Below, piece after piece: positions 12,111 through 25,349 of a stretch of 64,000 bases of DNA. A program made the position numbers and the translations under genes. The DNA is from Octopus sinensis. Its lineage: Eukaryota. Within the stretch, counting starts at the first letter, position 1, and each line of letters begins with the position of its first letter. The stretch covers positions 59,582,001 through 59,646,000 of the forward strand of contig NC_042997.1 of assembly GCF_006345805.1 (NCBI RefSeq). The letters run 5' to 3'. The notes under the pieces were generated by a model that had not been told where the DNA came from, did not search any database, and saw only the letters and a program-made list of their open reading frames with translations.

Positions 12111-12175
12111 TGCATACGTACGTACGTACGTACATACATACATACATACATACATACATACATACATACATACAT

Positions 12176-12220
<45 letters not shown>

Positions 12221-12240
12221 TATGTATGTATGTATGTATA
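12111..12240. repeat. Compound (TACG)/(TACA)n/(GACA)n/(TATG) microsatellite
   Basis: Direct reading. Confidence 0.95.
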
Positions 12241-12986
12241 TATGCGCATAATTATCATTATAATAAGATTACAAATTCTCAGAACAGTGTATTAGCAGGT
12301 TCAGTATAGTGTCGGAGAATGCATTGAAATATTTTCTGATATTGCTTTACGTTATGGGTTCAAATCTTGCTGGCGCTACCTTTCATTTCTTTCTTCCAAT
12401 GATTGATAAAATAATGTTGTAGTTAAGTAATGGAATCAATTTAATCAAATTATAGGAGAGAGAGGTGGGGGAAGAGAGAAAGAGAATCCCTCTCCTCAAA
12501 TTTGAAGTCTGTAGTCTGGCAGAATCGATAGAGCAACGAAGAATACGGTATTTGTTCTGGTTCTTTATGTTCTGAATTCAAATACAACCGAAGTCAGCTT
12601 TACCTTTCTTTCTTCCGGGCTCGATGAAATAAAGAACTCGTACCAGTCAAGTATTGAAGTTGATGGAATCAACAGATTTCTTACCCGAAATTTCTGGCTT
12701 TGTATTTATGTTAGTACCAGTGAAGAAATAGAATGTAATGACTACACCTCCCACTAAAATCCCCAGCTTTTTGCCTAAATCAAAAACGAATAGAACTGTT
12801 AGCACGCTGGAGAAAATGCTTGCTGCTATTTATTCTGGCTCTATACGCTCTGAGTTCAAATGCCGTTGAAGTCGACTCTGCCATTCATCGTCTTGGGATT
12901 GATAAAAATAAGCATGCACCAGTCAAATGCAATCGGTTATCCCTCCTCTAAATCGCAGGCCTTGTGCCTGTAGTTGAAATAAAGAA

Positions 12987-13050
<64 letters not shown>
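12987..13050. repeat. (TTA)n microsatellite
   Basis: Perfect trinucleotide run immediately 5' of a SINE. Confidence 0.95.
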
Positions 13051-13051
<1 letters not shown>

Positions 13052-13262
13052 GACGGCGAGTTGGCAGAATCGTTAGCACGCCGGGCGAAATGCTCAGCGG
13101 TATTTCGTCTGTTATTCCGTTCTGAGTTCAAATTCCGCCGATGTCGACTTTGCCTTTTATCCTTCCGAGGTCGATAAAATAAGTACCAGTTGAGTACTGG
13201 GGTCGATGTGATCGACTGTCCCCCTCCCCACAAAATATAGGCCTTGTGCCTATAGTAGAAAG
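13051..13262 (+). mobile_element. SINE family A, near full length
   Basis: agacggcgagttggcagaatcgttagcacgccgggcgaaatgc...ttctgagttcaaattccgccg...ggccttgtgcctatagtagaa. Older copies lie at ~11490-11610, 12510-12680, 12790-12980 and 13280-13490. Confidence 0.9.
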
Positions 13263-14364
13263 CATTATTATTATCATCCTTATCATCAGCGCGGTTGATT
13301 GGGAGAATAGTTATAGTGTCGGACAACAGCCATATAGTATTTGTTCTAGCTTTGTACGTTCTGAGTTCAAATCTTGCCGAAGCCAACTTCCCGTGGTCGA
13401 TAAAATAAAAATGAAGTACGAATTAGCACCAATGCAATCAACTAATTCCTTTCCACCAAAAATATCAGACCTCATGTCTATTATTGGAAACTATAATTAT
13501 CTTTCATTAAGGGCCTTCACATGACGTAAACTCTTTCCCAGATGTCTGAATGTTATTTTCTATCCGTCAAATATATTAAAATGTTCATATACAATAATAT
13601 AATGCACATTCTGAAATGATATGCATTGAACTTTCTAATAACAAAAAGTCTATAACATTGCTTTCTTTGTCGTCGTCGTCGTTACTGCTGTCGCTCTGCC
13701 AAATGTTGACATGCGTTTTCTTCGGATTTTTAGCTGTCATGCAGTTAACTGGAGACAGCTGCAGCAACACTCGAAACATCTGGGTAATTAAGAATTACGT
13801 AAGGAATTACATGCGGGGGTTTAGTGACGTAAATTTTGCCAGAGAATATGCTCAAGCTCAACTGATCTTCCAGCTGGGAACAGGGGAAAGAGCAAAGTTT
13901 TCGTCATCATGGTGTAATATTTAGATGTGTATGTGTGCATAATATGTATGCATGTATTTTTTCTTTCTTTCTTTTACATAATAAAACATTCGATGCATGC
14001 TGAGATATTCATTATTGCGGGGGAGTTAGGTTAAATTTAAATGGATTTTCGACAGCTTTTATTTATGTTGTTTTTATCAAGATTAATTAAAAATACATTA
14101 AAAATATTAAAGAAAAAAAAGTTGCAGAGCTGATACAAAACATACTTACATGCAATCTTATATGCCAATTATGTCTCTCTCACACACACCTACCTGGAAT
14201 ATAATTACGTATGTGATGGTCAGTGACTGATTCAATATGTCATCAAAGTATTACTTCCCTATACGGATTATAAGATTTTTGTGGGGATGAAAAAATGATT
14301 TTCAAAGTCACCTGTAGGAGAAAGTGTACCTGAATAACCCTAAATAATAACATAAAATAAAACA

Positions 14365-14484
<120 letters not shown>

Positions 14485-14490
<6 letters not shown>

Positions 14491-15050
14491 ACATTCGCTG
14501 CTTTCTGCCAAGGAGTCTAATGCTCTTAGCTTAGTTTTTCCTTAGGGCTGGCCAGATTGGAGCAATCTCAAGTATAATCAGCCGAAATTGCGAGGATAAT
14601 CAGGTGTTTGACTGAGGAAAGAAAACTTCGAATGACCCGTCCTTGTTTTCTTTGTATCGTCTATCAGGATGTTTTATTGTCCCATTTTTGTATCACCTAG
14701 CTGTCCGGATGTTTTGCGTTCTTGTCTCTTATATGTAAGTATACATTTTTCTAAATCTTGTACGACTCTATTTCTGTCTATCAGCCCTTTCACGCTTGTT
14801 CGTTCATTCCACTCTTCGTTCTTTCGTTTCCCCTCTCTCTTATTTCTTTGCCTTCTCTTCTAACTCACTTTCCCTCCACTTTTCACTTCACTGTGTCCCT
14901 GTCATTTTTTCTCGCCCCTCCTTAATTCCTCTGTCCCTCTGCTTCTACTTCTCTCTCTTCTCTTCCCACGTGGCCGGCGTTCGGCCAAGCCTATTCTTTC
15001 TTTCTTGGTCTGGCCGTGGTCCGTGCAACATCGATATTCCTCCCTGTGTT
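14485..15050. mobile_element. Interspersed repeat, probable Penelope-like pseudo-LTR segment
   Basis: Shares ggagtctaatgctcttagcttagtttttcc...ttgactgaggaaagaaaacttcgaa with 51400-51610. It is microsatellite-flanked. The PLE assignment is inference. Confidence 0.5.
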
Positions 15051-15589
15051 TGTGAAATCTTCTATCCCTGTGTTCCCCAGCTGGACGGGACGCCAGTCCA
15101 TCGCAGCGTTACTCATTTTTGCCAGTTGAGTGGACTACACTATAAGGTATCTATATTCTTTCAAAGTACCAGCCAAGTGCCGAGATCGATGCAGTTGACC
15201 AACACCCATCCCATCAAAACTGCTGACCTTGTGCCTAAAACTGAAATCATTATTTGGCTCGATATTTTCCTCTGAAAAATACTCTGAAATTAAATTTTTG
15301 TGGAAAGGTGAGTGTTATAATACGGTTTTCTTTTTAATGCACATTACTTTGGTTCTAATATTTTACTAGAAAATATTTTTGAAATAAATAAATATATGAA
15401 TAAAAAAAAAAATTTGAAACGTAACTCCACTAAATAATAGAATTTGTGTAAAAAACAAAACAATTTCTTTTGTTGCAGAATCGTAATCTTATATGTTGAA
15501 AACATGTAACTCAAGAAAGAACAATAAAATGAAAAGAGTTATGGTTGCTTGTGTGCTCCGAAGAAGTTGGGGAGCGAAAATATACGTTT

Positions 15590-15960
15590 CATTTTTTTTT
15601 TTTTATGTGTTGCTTGCTTCAGTCATTCGACTGCAGACATGCTCGGACATCGCCGTGAAGAGCTTTAGTCGACTCCAGCACATTTTCCCAAGCCTGGTAT
15701 TTATCTTATCGGTCTCTTTGTCGAACCACTAAGTTACAGGAATCTAAACAAACCAACATCGGTTGCTAAACGTAGGTAGCACAAACACACACAAACATAT
15801 ATATATGATAGGCTTCTTTCATTTTCCGTCTACCAAATCCACTCACAAGGCTTTAATTGACCCGAGGCTACGATAGAAGACACTTGTCCAAAGTGCCACG
15901 CAGTGGAATAGAACACAGAACCATGTTGTTAGGAAGTAAACTATTTACCACACAACCACC
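15590..15960 (-). mobile_element. SINE family B
   Basis: Reverse of head (ttaccacacaaccac..gacacttgtccaaagtgccacgcagtgg) and tail (cttcagtcattcgactgc). Confidence 0.85.
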
Positions 15961-16029
15961 CCTGTGAATTAAAAAAAAAAACATTGCGGAATCAAAATTT
16001 TTCGTTTTAAATTTATAACTCCGAAAATT

Positions 16030-16240
16030 ATTGGTTTCAAATTTTTGGCACCAGGCAAGCAACTTCAGGGAAAATAGTAAGTCGATTACACCGTCCCCAG
16101 TGCTCAACTGGTACTTATTTTATCGTCCCCGAAATGATGAAAGGCAAAGTCACCATCGGCGGAATTTGAACCCAGAACCTAAGGGCAAAATACCACTGAG
16201 CATGTTGCCCGGCATGCTAACGATTTATCCATCTTGCCAC
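16030..16240 (-). mobile_element. SINE family A
   Basis: gtcgattacaccgtccccagtgctcaactggtacttattttatcg...atgaaaggcaaagtc. Confidence 0.85.
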
Positions 16241-16265
16241 CTTGTAACTCCTCGAAAAAAATATT

Positions 16266-16885
16266 GTTAGCGGATCTGAAGAAACAACAGTTTGCTTTAA
16301 CCCAAAGCTGAGATATCAGTCAGGCAGCAGTAAAAGCTAGCTACCTTGTTGCTAGAGAAATAACATTACATGAAAGCCGTACTGTGAGGGTGACTTCGTG
16401 AAAATAGGCATACTGAAAGTTGCAGAAATTGTATGCCCCGAGAAGCAACAGGCTTTTGCCAACATTAGCCTAACGAAAAACTGTGGCAAATAGGATTTCA
16501 GATCTTTCTGCAGATTTGGACAGGCAACTGAAGTACAAAGTCAAATCATTTATTATGTTTTCGGTTGCAGTTGATGAGAGCACGGACATTATGGATGTTG
16601 CGCAACAGACCATATTCATTCGTAGTGTAGACGAGACTTAGACCATCATCGTGGAGTTCCTGGAGTTGGTTGCCAAAATGGACATCACAACAACAATTGA
16701 CATTTTCATCTCTCTTGTTGGAGCCCGTGCTGTCAGCGTTGCAACAGATGGCGCTCCATCAATGATTGGGGAAAAAGCAGGTGTTGTGACGCAGTTCAGA
16801 GAGAAAGTACAGACTGCAAATGGAGGACGTAATTTTGGGATATTTCGCTGCATTTTGCACTAGGAGGCATTGTGATGCAAGTCTC
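16266..16885 (+). mobile_element. hAT (SPIN/Buster, GTF2IRD2/EPM2AIP1-like) transposase fragment
   Basis: AAVKASYLVA..EGDFVK..CPEKQQAFANISL..NRISDLSADL..FSVAVDESTDI..RAVSVATDGAPSMIGEKAG..HCILH-like motif (RCILH*EAL). Contains stops and frameshifts. Confidence 0.9.
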
Positions 16886-17279
16886 AAATTCCATCCACTA
16901 TCGTTTGGAGAAAGGAATGTAGTGTTTAACATGCAAAAGACGTTTTGGCCACAGCTTGAACTCTTTTGATCAAAGATTTGCTCGCTAAATAACAACAACA
17001 GCAACAGCAGCAGATCTAGCACTAAATAACAGCAACATATCTAGTATTTTAAAAATAAGTTTGTCAAATGCTCATGGCTTTTGAAGGCCTTCCTAGACAA
17101 GTGACATTAGTATGGCAGATGCGCAGCCGGGATCCCTTACGGCCAGGGTCTGCAGGGAAAACGTTGATTGAGAAAGAGAATTGGGAGTGGGTCTAGTGTG
17201 AGTGCAACAGAGTGACCTCCGTTTAAGACACTCAAGGATCAGTTTGAAGGAAAAAAGAAAATCCTCTACAACTTCTTTA

Positions 17280-17445
17280 CATTCTTGCTGATAAGCTATT
17301 TAAGGATGTGAATAGTTCATTCAAATTCACCGAAGAGAACATTTATGGGCAACTTCTTAGAAAACTAGAACTTCTTTGACCAGATTATACATTTACATTT
17401 ATATAATTATTAGTTAAGTTGCTGGTGTGACAAAATATGTAAATA
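17280..17445 (+). mobile_element. R4/Dong-like LINE C-terminal RLE remnant
   Basis: TEENIYGQLLRKLELL*PDYTFTFI from 17329 resembles the EK..KY..L..........F.F.PII.G RLE tail. Confidence 0.4.
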
Positions 17446-17459
17446 ATAATCCTGAAAAG

Positions 17460-17925
17460 ATTGCAAGTGAAGAAAGAAGCTTGCTTTGCAACTATGTGGC
17501 TTCGGATTCAGTCTCACTGAGCAGCACGTTGGCCGAATGTCTTCTGCTATAACTTCGAGTCGACCAATGTCTTGTGAGTGAATTTGGTAGACTCAAACTG
17601 TATAGAAGCCCGTAATAAATATATATGTGTGTATGTGTGTGATTGTATTTGTCTTCCACCACCGTTTAATAACCGGCATTGCTTTGTTTACGTTCTGTAA
17701 ACTTAGCAAAAGACACCGACAGAATAAGTACCAGATTTACACAGACACTTTGCCTTTCATCCTTTCGGGGTCGATAAATTAAGTACTAGTTGTGTACTGG
17801 AGTCGATCTAATCGACTGACCCTTTCCCCCAAAATGTCGGGCCTTTGTACCTAGAGTAGAAAAGCGGGGGAAGTGCTTCTAAGCATTTTGTCCGGCGTGC
17901 TAACGATTCTACAAGCTCGTCGCCT
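17460..17925 (+). mobile_element. Composite of SINE B body and SINE A tail, with an inverted SINE A head
   Basis: B head (gtggcttcggattcagtctcactg), then ctttgcctttcatcctttcggggtcgataaattaagtac, then reverse head gcgtgctaacgattctacaagctcgtcgcc. Confidence 0.7.
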
Positions 17926-18389
17926 TAGACCGTATTCAATCTAATATTAAATGTTGATATATAATATTTCTAAAAATTTAAGGAAAGCTTCATGAACCGA
18001 TATTTAAACAATAAGTTAATCTTTAGATATACAGTATAGACAAAAGAAACAGCAAGGTATTAGAAAGATCACTTTAGTAATAAATATCACTATATTCAAA
18101 TTTCCGTTGCTTTTGTAATGAGGAAAATATAATATGCTCATCAAATCAACTAAACATTCACACAAGGACAGAATTAAATACCGTCACGAAAAATAAGCTC
18201 ATTTTCTAAAACCTCAAAACAACTACCGAACCAGTCTGAACAAACGCAAATACCTGAAGAACCAGATGCCTGTAGAGCTCCTTCTCCTACGCATAACTAA
18301 CCAGGATGAATGCTTCAGTATATATGTATGTGTACAGAGGCATGTATATAAATGTGTACATAGGTAGATTGGTGTCCATGAGTGCGTCA

Positions 18390-18990
<601 letters not shown>

Positions 18991-19079
18991 CATTCCTGTA
19001 ATAAACGACAGATGAGAGTTCCGCAAATTCTTGCTGAACAACCTGTACAGATGATTTTGTTTCTAGTGGTCAAATGTTT

Positions 19080-19275
19080 GTGCTGTATATTATTAGCTCA
19101 CTCCCTCTGTCAAATCAACATTGCCTTTACAGGTGCACGGTGTACCATATGTCAGATGTCGGAACGATCGCAGGAGCAACGTGAAACGAACTGTTTCGTT
19201 CAAGAACACAACGCACCACCTGGCCCGGGAATCGAAACTACGATCTTGCGATCGTGTGTGCATCACTCTAATCAC
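19080..19275 (-). mobile_element. SINE family C-type head variant
   Basis: caagaacacaacgcaccacctggcccgggaatcgaaactacgatcttgcgatcgtg is the reverse of the tRNA-like head. Confidence 0.7.
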
Positions 19276-19545
19276 AAATGAAGGTGTATCAAATACTATA
19301 CAACAAATTTTAGATTTATTAAAAATTGCCTAGGGTGTGTCAATTAAGAATTGGCAGTTGAGACCAGATTCATATGAGAAGGGGAGATAACCTCAACAAT
19401 CAAGAATTTACCAAAGCCGACATGCCATTAAGGAAAAGAACAGCTATTGTCGGGAGATAAGAGCTGAGTGATGTACACGTGTTTCTGTCTTAATAGGTAT
19501 TATCAACATTACAGTTGTCGTACCTTATCTTTAACAACCAAGGGA

Positions 19546-19624
<79 letters not shown>

Positions 19625-19625
<1 letters not shown>

Positions 19626-19958
19626 AAGGCGCATGGGTCAGTGGTTAGAGCGTCGAGCTTACGATCGTGAGGTTGTGAGCTCGAATCCCGGACCAGGCTG
19701 CGTGTTGTGTTCTTGAGCAAGACGCTTTATTTCACATTGCTCCAGTTCAGTCAGCTGTAGAAATGAGTTGCGACGTCACAGGTGCCAAGCTGTATCTGCC
19801 TTTCCCTTGGATAATACTGGTAGCGTGGAGAGGAAAGGCCGGTATGCATGGGCGACTGCTGGTCTTCCATAAAACAACCTTGCCTGGACTTGCGCCTGGG
19901 AGGGTAACTTTCTAGGTGCAATCCCATGGTCAGTGTCGTGACCGAACGGGGTCTCAGA
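19625..19958 (+). mobile_element. SINE family C (tRNA-derived, CORE-like), full length
   Basis: A box tcagtggttagagcg, B box gagctcgaatcccgg, CORE-like ttcttgagcaagacgctttatttcac. An older copy lies at 45935-46220. Confidence 0.9.
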
Positions 19959-20021
19959 ATATATATATATATATATATAAAAGAGCAGAGCATTTATGGC
20001 CCTAGTAATTTGCGTAATCTA

Positions 20022-20290
20022 AGCAAAAAGGTCCCTCATCTGGTATGTTGCATGCTGTGACATTTTCCTTAGCAGAGGAGTTGTCATAGCATGTGACATA
20101 CAAGGTGAGTAGCCTACCGCTTCGGAATGGGAAAATTGTCATACTGTCAGGCCTTTTACCGTCCCTCGTTCTAGCCACGCTGTCTCGAACCGGGAGAGAA
20201 GCCTGCAGTGTCAGGACCATGCTTCATGATCTCGTTGACAGCAGCCAGGCATGGAAGGCGGCCAGCGCTATAATGGCATGACAGTAGCAG
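20022..20290 (-). mobile_element. CRE-clade non-LTR retrotransposon RLE domain fragment
   Basis: LSCHYSAGRLPCLAAVNEIMK and RDGKRPDSMTIFPFRSGRLLTLYVTCYD match the CRE-type LSC...GR..RH..N..DGKRPDG.T..P...G.....D.T pattern. Confidence 0.7.
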
Positions 20291-21090
20291 TGGCATGTAT
20301 TTGAAAAACATAGAGAAGTACAAGTACAGACGTATGAAATACCATGCAACATAAATTCTTGATTCATTAAAATCACCCCCGCCTCTAGAGGATGCGTCAT
20401 AATTTACAAATGGCAATCAAAACTAGCTCCATTATGTATGTCTGTGTGTGTGCGTGCCTGCGTGTGTGTATATATATATGAAATAATAATAATAATAATA
20501 AAAATGAAATTCGGTTTGGCCGTCTGGGACCCCTATATCACAGTCGATATTTACTATACATAGACATATACCTTTTTGAAATCAAGATGATCCAGCATTG
20601 GGATCTGATTTAAAATCATTTGGGTTGCTATTTGTAGCAGGTAATGCTTGGCTGATTCACGCCATCTTGTTTGGCGTTTGTCAGATGACGTCAGAGATCA
20701 AGTGGAAGATAAATGATATTCACTTCGTTAATTCTACGTCGAGATAAGAATTTGGGACAAATTGGCTAACAGTTGGAATTCAAATTGAGACTGGAACAAT
20801 AGAATGATTGCATTACAGAATTAATTCTAATCCGTCCTTAATCTTTGATCAAACACCACCGGGACATACAGTCACTTTATACGTATTATAGTCATGCTAT
20901 TTTGGCTCTCTTTAATTTTGGGCTGCAGGCACAATTAGCTTCCTGCAGGAGCTAGGGTAAAAGTCTGCACGGGGTGCTCCTTTTAAGTTAGTGTAGGCGT
21001 GGCTGTGTGGTAAGAAGCTTGCTTACCAACCACGTGGTTCCAGGTTCAAGTGTAAGAGACTACAGTTAAATCTGTGAATTCTGCTGATTA

Positions 21091-21200
21091 CCGTATTTTA
21101 ACGTGTATAAGGAACCCTCGTGTGTAAGAAAGCCCCTAGTTTGGGGGGCTTAAAATTTGGAAAAACGTTTTGTAAGGGATTATAATACTATCCATTACGG
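21091..21200. mobile_element. Short Tc1/mariner-type MITE derivative
   Basis: ta|ccgta ... tacgg|ta termini. Confidence 0.5.
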
Positions 21201-21324
21201 TAATTCTTCATGAAATAGTTTTCTAAATTTGATGAAAGGCCCTGCCTAAATTATCGTATCTTTTCTCTTCCTTACAGCAAAGAAATATCCAAAAAGGTTT
21301 GTCAGTCTGCCTCATGGTCTAAGC

Positions 21325-21633
21325 CAGTAGTTCCCAAACTTTTTCGGGATGCCGCCCCCTTGATAGCCAGGCCACATTCCTAGCGCCCCTACACCAAGTA
21401 ACTATCACAAACATAGATCTCTTTCTGAAGCAAATTCAAAGCAGCTGTATTTCACAAATAAAACTTAACCTAATGAACCCATTGTTTTGTTGTTTTTACA
21501 TGAATCGCTACCCCATTACAGCCCCATTTTTTTTACATGGATCACTATTCCATTATTGCCCCATTTTTATCACCGCTCCTTGGAACTTTCCACTGCCCCA
21601 GGGGAGCAATACCACCCACTTTGGGAACTACAG
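21325..21633. mobile_element. hAT (Charlie/Buster-type) MITE with 8-bp TSD
   Basis: TIRs cagtagttcccaaact / rc ctgtagttcccaaagt. Flanks gtctaagc (21317-21324) and gtcttagc (21634-21641), 7/8 identical. Confidence 0.85.
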
Positions 21634-21647
21634 GTCTTAGCGGACGA

Positions 21648-21880
21648 ATTAGAAAAGGCGTTGCCCTGGATGATGGTGAAGGAGATGCGTTGGAACAGCC
21701 CCTGACTCACGGGGCTCGCACTTGTGGATAGCTATCTCCGCTCCGATAGCGGTGAGCAAGGATGTGGTCTGGAAGCCGAGAACGCTGGAGGTCTCCACTG
21801 CCACAGTTTGTCTAAGCTCTTTCATTGCTACTTGCAACTTATCCGATGACTTTCTTCTAAGTCCGTTACGAAAGCCGTCT
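21648..21880 (-). mobile_element. CRE-clade RLE extreme C-terminal fragment
   Basis: VAVETSSVLG..IG..EPRES and, in a shifted frame, LFQRISFTIIQGNAFS. Confidence 0.6.
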
Positions 21881-22491
21881 TTGCTTGAGACTTGTTGCAT
21901 GCATGTGTGCGCGTATGCTTGCGTATGTATGTATGTATGTATGTATGTATGTATGTATGTATGTATTTTTCTGCGTATTCATGCGTGTATACAGGGGAGC
22001 CAGAAAGAAATTAGATAACATCGTATGTAATGATGCCAGTGGTACCCGTCCTAGATACCGAAGTAAAGATTGGAATAGTAAACAGAAGATTTGTGGTAAA
22101 ACAGAGTGAACACATGGTACAAGGCTGATAAAAACCAAGGAGCGATGTTTGTAGAGAGCCCCGTAACGAACTAAGAAAGTCATTGAAAATTTTGCAAGTA
22201 GCAATGAAATAGTTTTGACAAACAAGAACAAAAAAAAAGAACCCCCCCCCCAAAAAAAAAACTAACAAACAATGACTTACTGTTTACTCAAAGTAAACAA
22301 GCAATCGATTAGTTAGTTGGATATTTAACCAATTGACTAATGATAAAGGAGTGGAGTTGAACCAGAGTGTAATATTGCCATATGACTCTCGCTAGACAGT
22401 ACAATGGTGTAAAAATAAAAATTGAACAATTAAACTTGCTTTGTTGTAGCAAAACTGTTTTTTATCGGTTTAAGCTCTGATGTTTGTGTAT

Positions 22492-23165
22492 TATAAATAC
22501 TCGCCGAGGGCATACAGACACTTGGATATCATCTCGCAATACACCAGCGACATTCGTCATATAGCCAGATCTGCAAACATATCTGCTGATGCATTATCCA
22601 GACTTCCCGTGTGTTCACTTTCGTCTCCTGCACACATCGATTTGGTTGCTATCGCCACAGACCAATCTTCTTTGGACACTTCTTCCAACCAATATTCCTG
22701 TTGCAGATTTGAATACTTACCCCTTTCCGTCTGCTGAAGGACGGATCCTTTGTGACATCTCTACCGGCTCACCTAGACCGCTTCTCCCACGTCGTCATCA
22801 GCGTACCGTTTTCGGTACTCTTCATTCCTTGTCGCATCCCGGCATAGCCGCCACAGTAAAGCTCATTACAGCCCGTTCCTTCTGGCCTAACATGCGCCGT
22901 ATAATCAGCAGTTCGACACGTTCTTGTTTGCAGTGTCAACTCACCAAGGTCCATCGACATGTTCGTGCTCCTTTCGGAAAATTCAGCCCATCAGGCGCTC
23001 GTTTCCGTCATGTCCACATCGACATTGTTGGACCCTGGCCCGTTAGTCGCGGTTTCACGTACACCTTGACTTGCATCGATCGTTCCTCTCGATGGCCTAA
23101 ATCCATACCTCTAATTGACATCACAGCCAAATCCGTCGCCCAAGCGTTCATTTCTAATTGGGTAG
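22492..23165 (+). mobile_element. Ty3/Gypsy pol fragment (RNase H end, HHCC zinc finger, integrase N-terminus)
   Basis: RHLDIISQYTSDIRHI..ADALSR; HSLSHPGIAATVKLI..CLQCQ; RFRHVHIDIVGPWP..YTLTCIDRSSRWP. One frameshift. Confidence 0.95.
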
Positions 23166-23579
23166 ATAATGAGTGGCTAAGATGTACAAATGTTTCTGGG
23201 AAGTCCAAAATTGCCGAGGCATTTAATTTCATGTGTCACAGAAGATCGTTTACTAAAAGTCTCTCTTTTATCCCGCAGTCACAGATATAAGTATCGGAAA
23301 CATTATTCTTAACGTAGCCCACACATTCGGAATTGGCATGTAACTTAGCATAGTTAATGAAACTAAAGGTCTCTGTTGGAAGCTTTGTATTTCCAGGAAA
23401 TAATTTGCAAAATCTAGTTCAGTCAAAAGAAACAAATCTTTTATTACCTATGCAACCGCTTTGTCTTATATGTAAATATAAGAACGTTTAGAATCAAATG
23501 CTTACTTTATCATGCAGTTAGTGAAATATCTCAATACTATAATCTTTCTTTTGAAATGTCATTATTTAAACAACCACTT

Positions 23580-23790
23580 AAGGCAACGAGCTAGCTGGAA
23601 TCGCTGTCGCATCGGGCAAACGTTTACCAGCATTTCGCCCGTCTTTGTGTTCTGAGCTCAAATTCCGCCGAGGTCGACTTTGCTTTTCCTCCTTTCGACG
23701 TCGATGAAATAAGTACCAGTCAAGAACTGGGGTCGATGTAATTGACTATCCTCTCTCAGGTCTTGTGCCTAAAGTAGAAAAGATTATTCA
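23580..23790 (+). mobile_element. SINE family A
   Basis: aggcaacgagctagctggaatcg...aattccgccgaggtcgactttgc...gtgcctaaagtagaaa. Confidence 0.85.
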
Positions 23791-24034
23791 AGCAACCACT
23801 CAATTAACTATCACAAAGCAAATTACTGTTCCACCCCATTCTGAGATGACTGACGACAACGTATCGTCTGCTTCCACCAAAATCAGAGGTTGCTACCTGA
23901 AACGACGTACTATTTTAATTGCTTCTATCACGAACGGTGTGGTTGTGTTAACGTAGGCTGTAGCAGTTTTGTAATCAATTGACTACAATACAAATAGGAG
24001 TATCCCAATAGAAAGTTAGAACATTTGTTCAAAC

Positions 24035-25085
24035 AGTTGAGTAATATACATTTTGAACACATACAAACGCTTATGCTTGTCCATACATATTGACTCATTT
24101 TATTTTATAAATTTCAAATTTTTTTCATTTTGGAGGAAAAAAGAAACACGTTCAGATATACAAACAACACTTTTAATTTCAACTTCCGTCATTTTAAATT
24201 TCATTTTTCCCTGAACACATACAAATACTTATACATTTTTACTCAAATTTTTTCAAAAAAATTTTTTTTTTGCTTTTTGAAATTTCAAGTTTCATTTTGT
24301 CGAGAGAGAAAAAAATCGCTTTCAGATATAAAAATAATACTTTTACTTTCAACTTCCGTCATTTTTGAAAACTTCATTTTGCCCTGATCACACACAAACG
24401 CTTATGCGTGCACATACATGTTATCTCATTTAAAAAAAATTTTAGTGTTTTTTTTTCTTTAATAAATTTCAAGTTTTCTTCATTTTGAATTAAAAACAAA
24501 ACACTTTCAGATAACTTTTAATTTCAACTTCCGTCATTTTTTAACCTCATTTTTCCTTGAACATATTACAAACACTTCTGCATGTATATACATATCGACT
24601 CAAGTCTTTTTTCCAAAATTTCTGTTTTTATTTTATTATATTTATTTTTTAAATTTCAAGTTTCATTTTGTAGAAGAAAAACGCTTTCAGATATAAAAAT
24701 AACACTTTTTCTTTCAACATCCGTCATTTTGTTTTTACTTCATTTTACCCTGATCACACATAAACACTTGTGCGTGCACAAGCATGTCAACTCAAATTTC
24801 TTTTCAAAATTTCATTTTTTTTATAAATGTCAAGTTTCCTTCATTTTATAGGAAAAAAAGAAACACTTTCAGATATAAAAATAACACTTTTAATTTCAAC
24901 TTCCGTCATTTTTTGACCTCATTTTCCCCTGCAAACATACACTTATACATGCATATACATATTGACTCAATTTTATTCAAAATTTACTATTTTTTTAAAA
25001 TTTCAAGTTTTATTTTGTAATAAGAAAAAAACACTTCATTAACTTTCAACTTCTGTCATTTTTTAAAATCTCATTTTGCCCATGA
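24035..25085 (+). repeat. AT-rich tandem repeat, ~6 diverged units of 150-190 bp
   Basis: Anchor ttcaacttccgtcatttt at 24178, 24348, 24523, 24713, 24895 and 25045. Confidence 0.9.
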
Positions 25086-25349
25086 AATCTTTGTAAGAAG
25101 GTGAATACGATGCTAATACTAATTTTTGAATGCATTATTTTTTTTCATTATTTTTATCACAGACTTAATAATCTCTCTCTTTTCAACAAACCCAAAAGTA
25201 ACCTATCCTGTATGCAGTCAATTCGCATGCTAGAAATAGCAACATTCACGTGGGTATGTTTTAAGGCCTATAGCGTATCAAAAGTAGCCATACAACCAAT
25301 TCATTTGTCATATTTGATTTCAAATTTATGCTAGTATGTATTATGTCTT

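Noticed and set aside
13729-13785. Possible plus-strand mini-exon (tttttag|...CHAVNWRQLQQHSKHL|gtaatt)
   Set aside because: Only ~50 nt, no recognisable homology, no partner exons, and the region lacks the CpG decay of the inferred gene bodies.
19630-19700. tRNA-like A and B boxes
   Set aside because: This is the head of a SINE with body and tail, not a tRNA gene; no intact cloverleaf.
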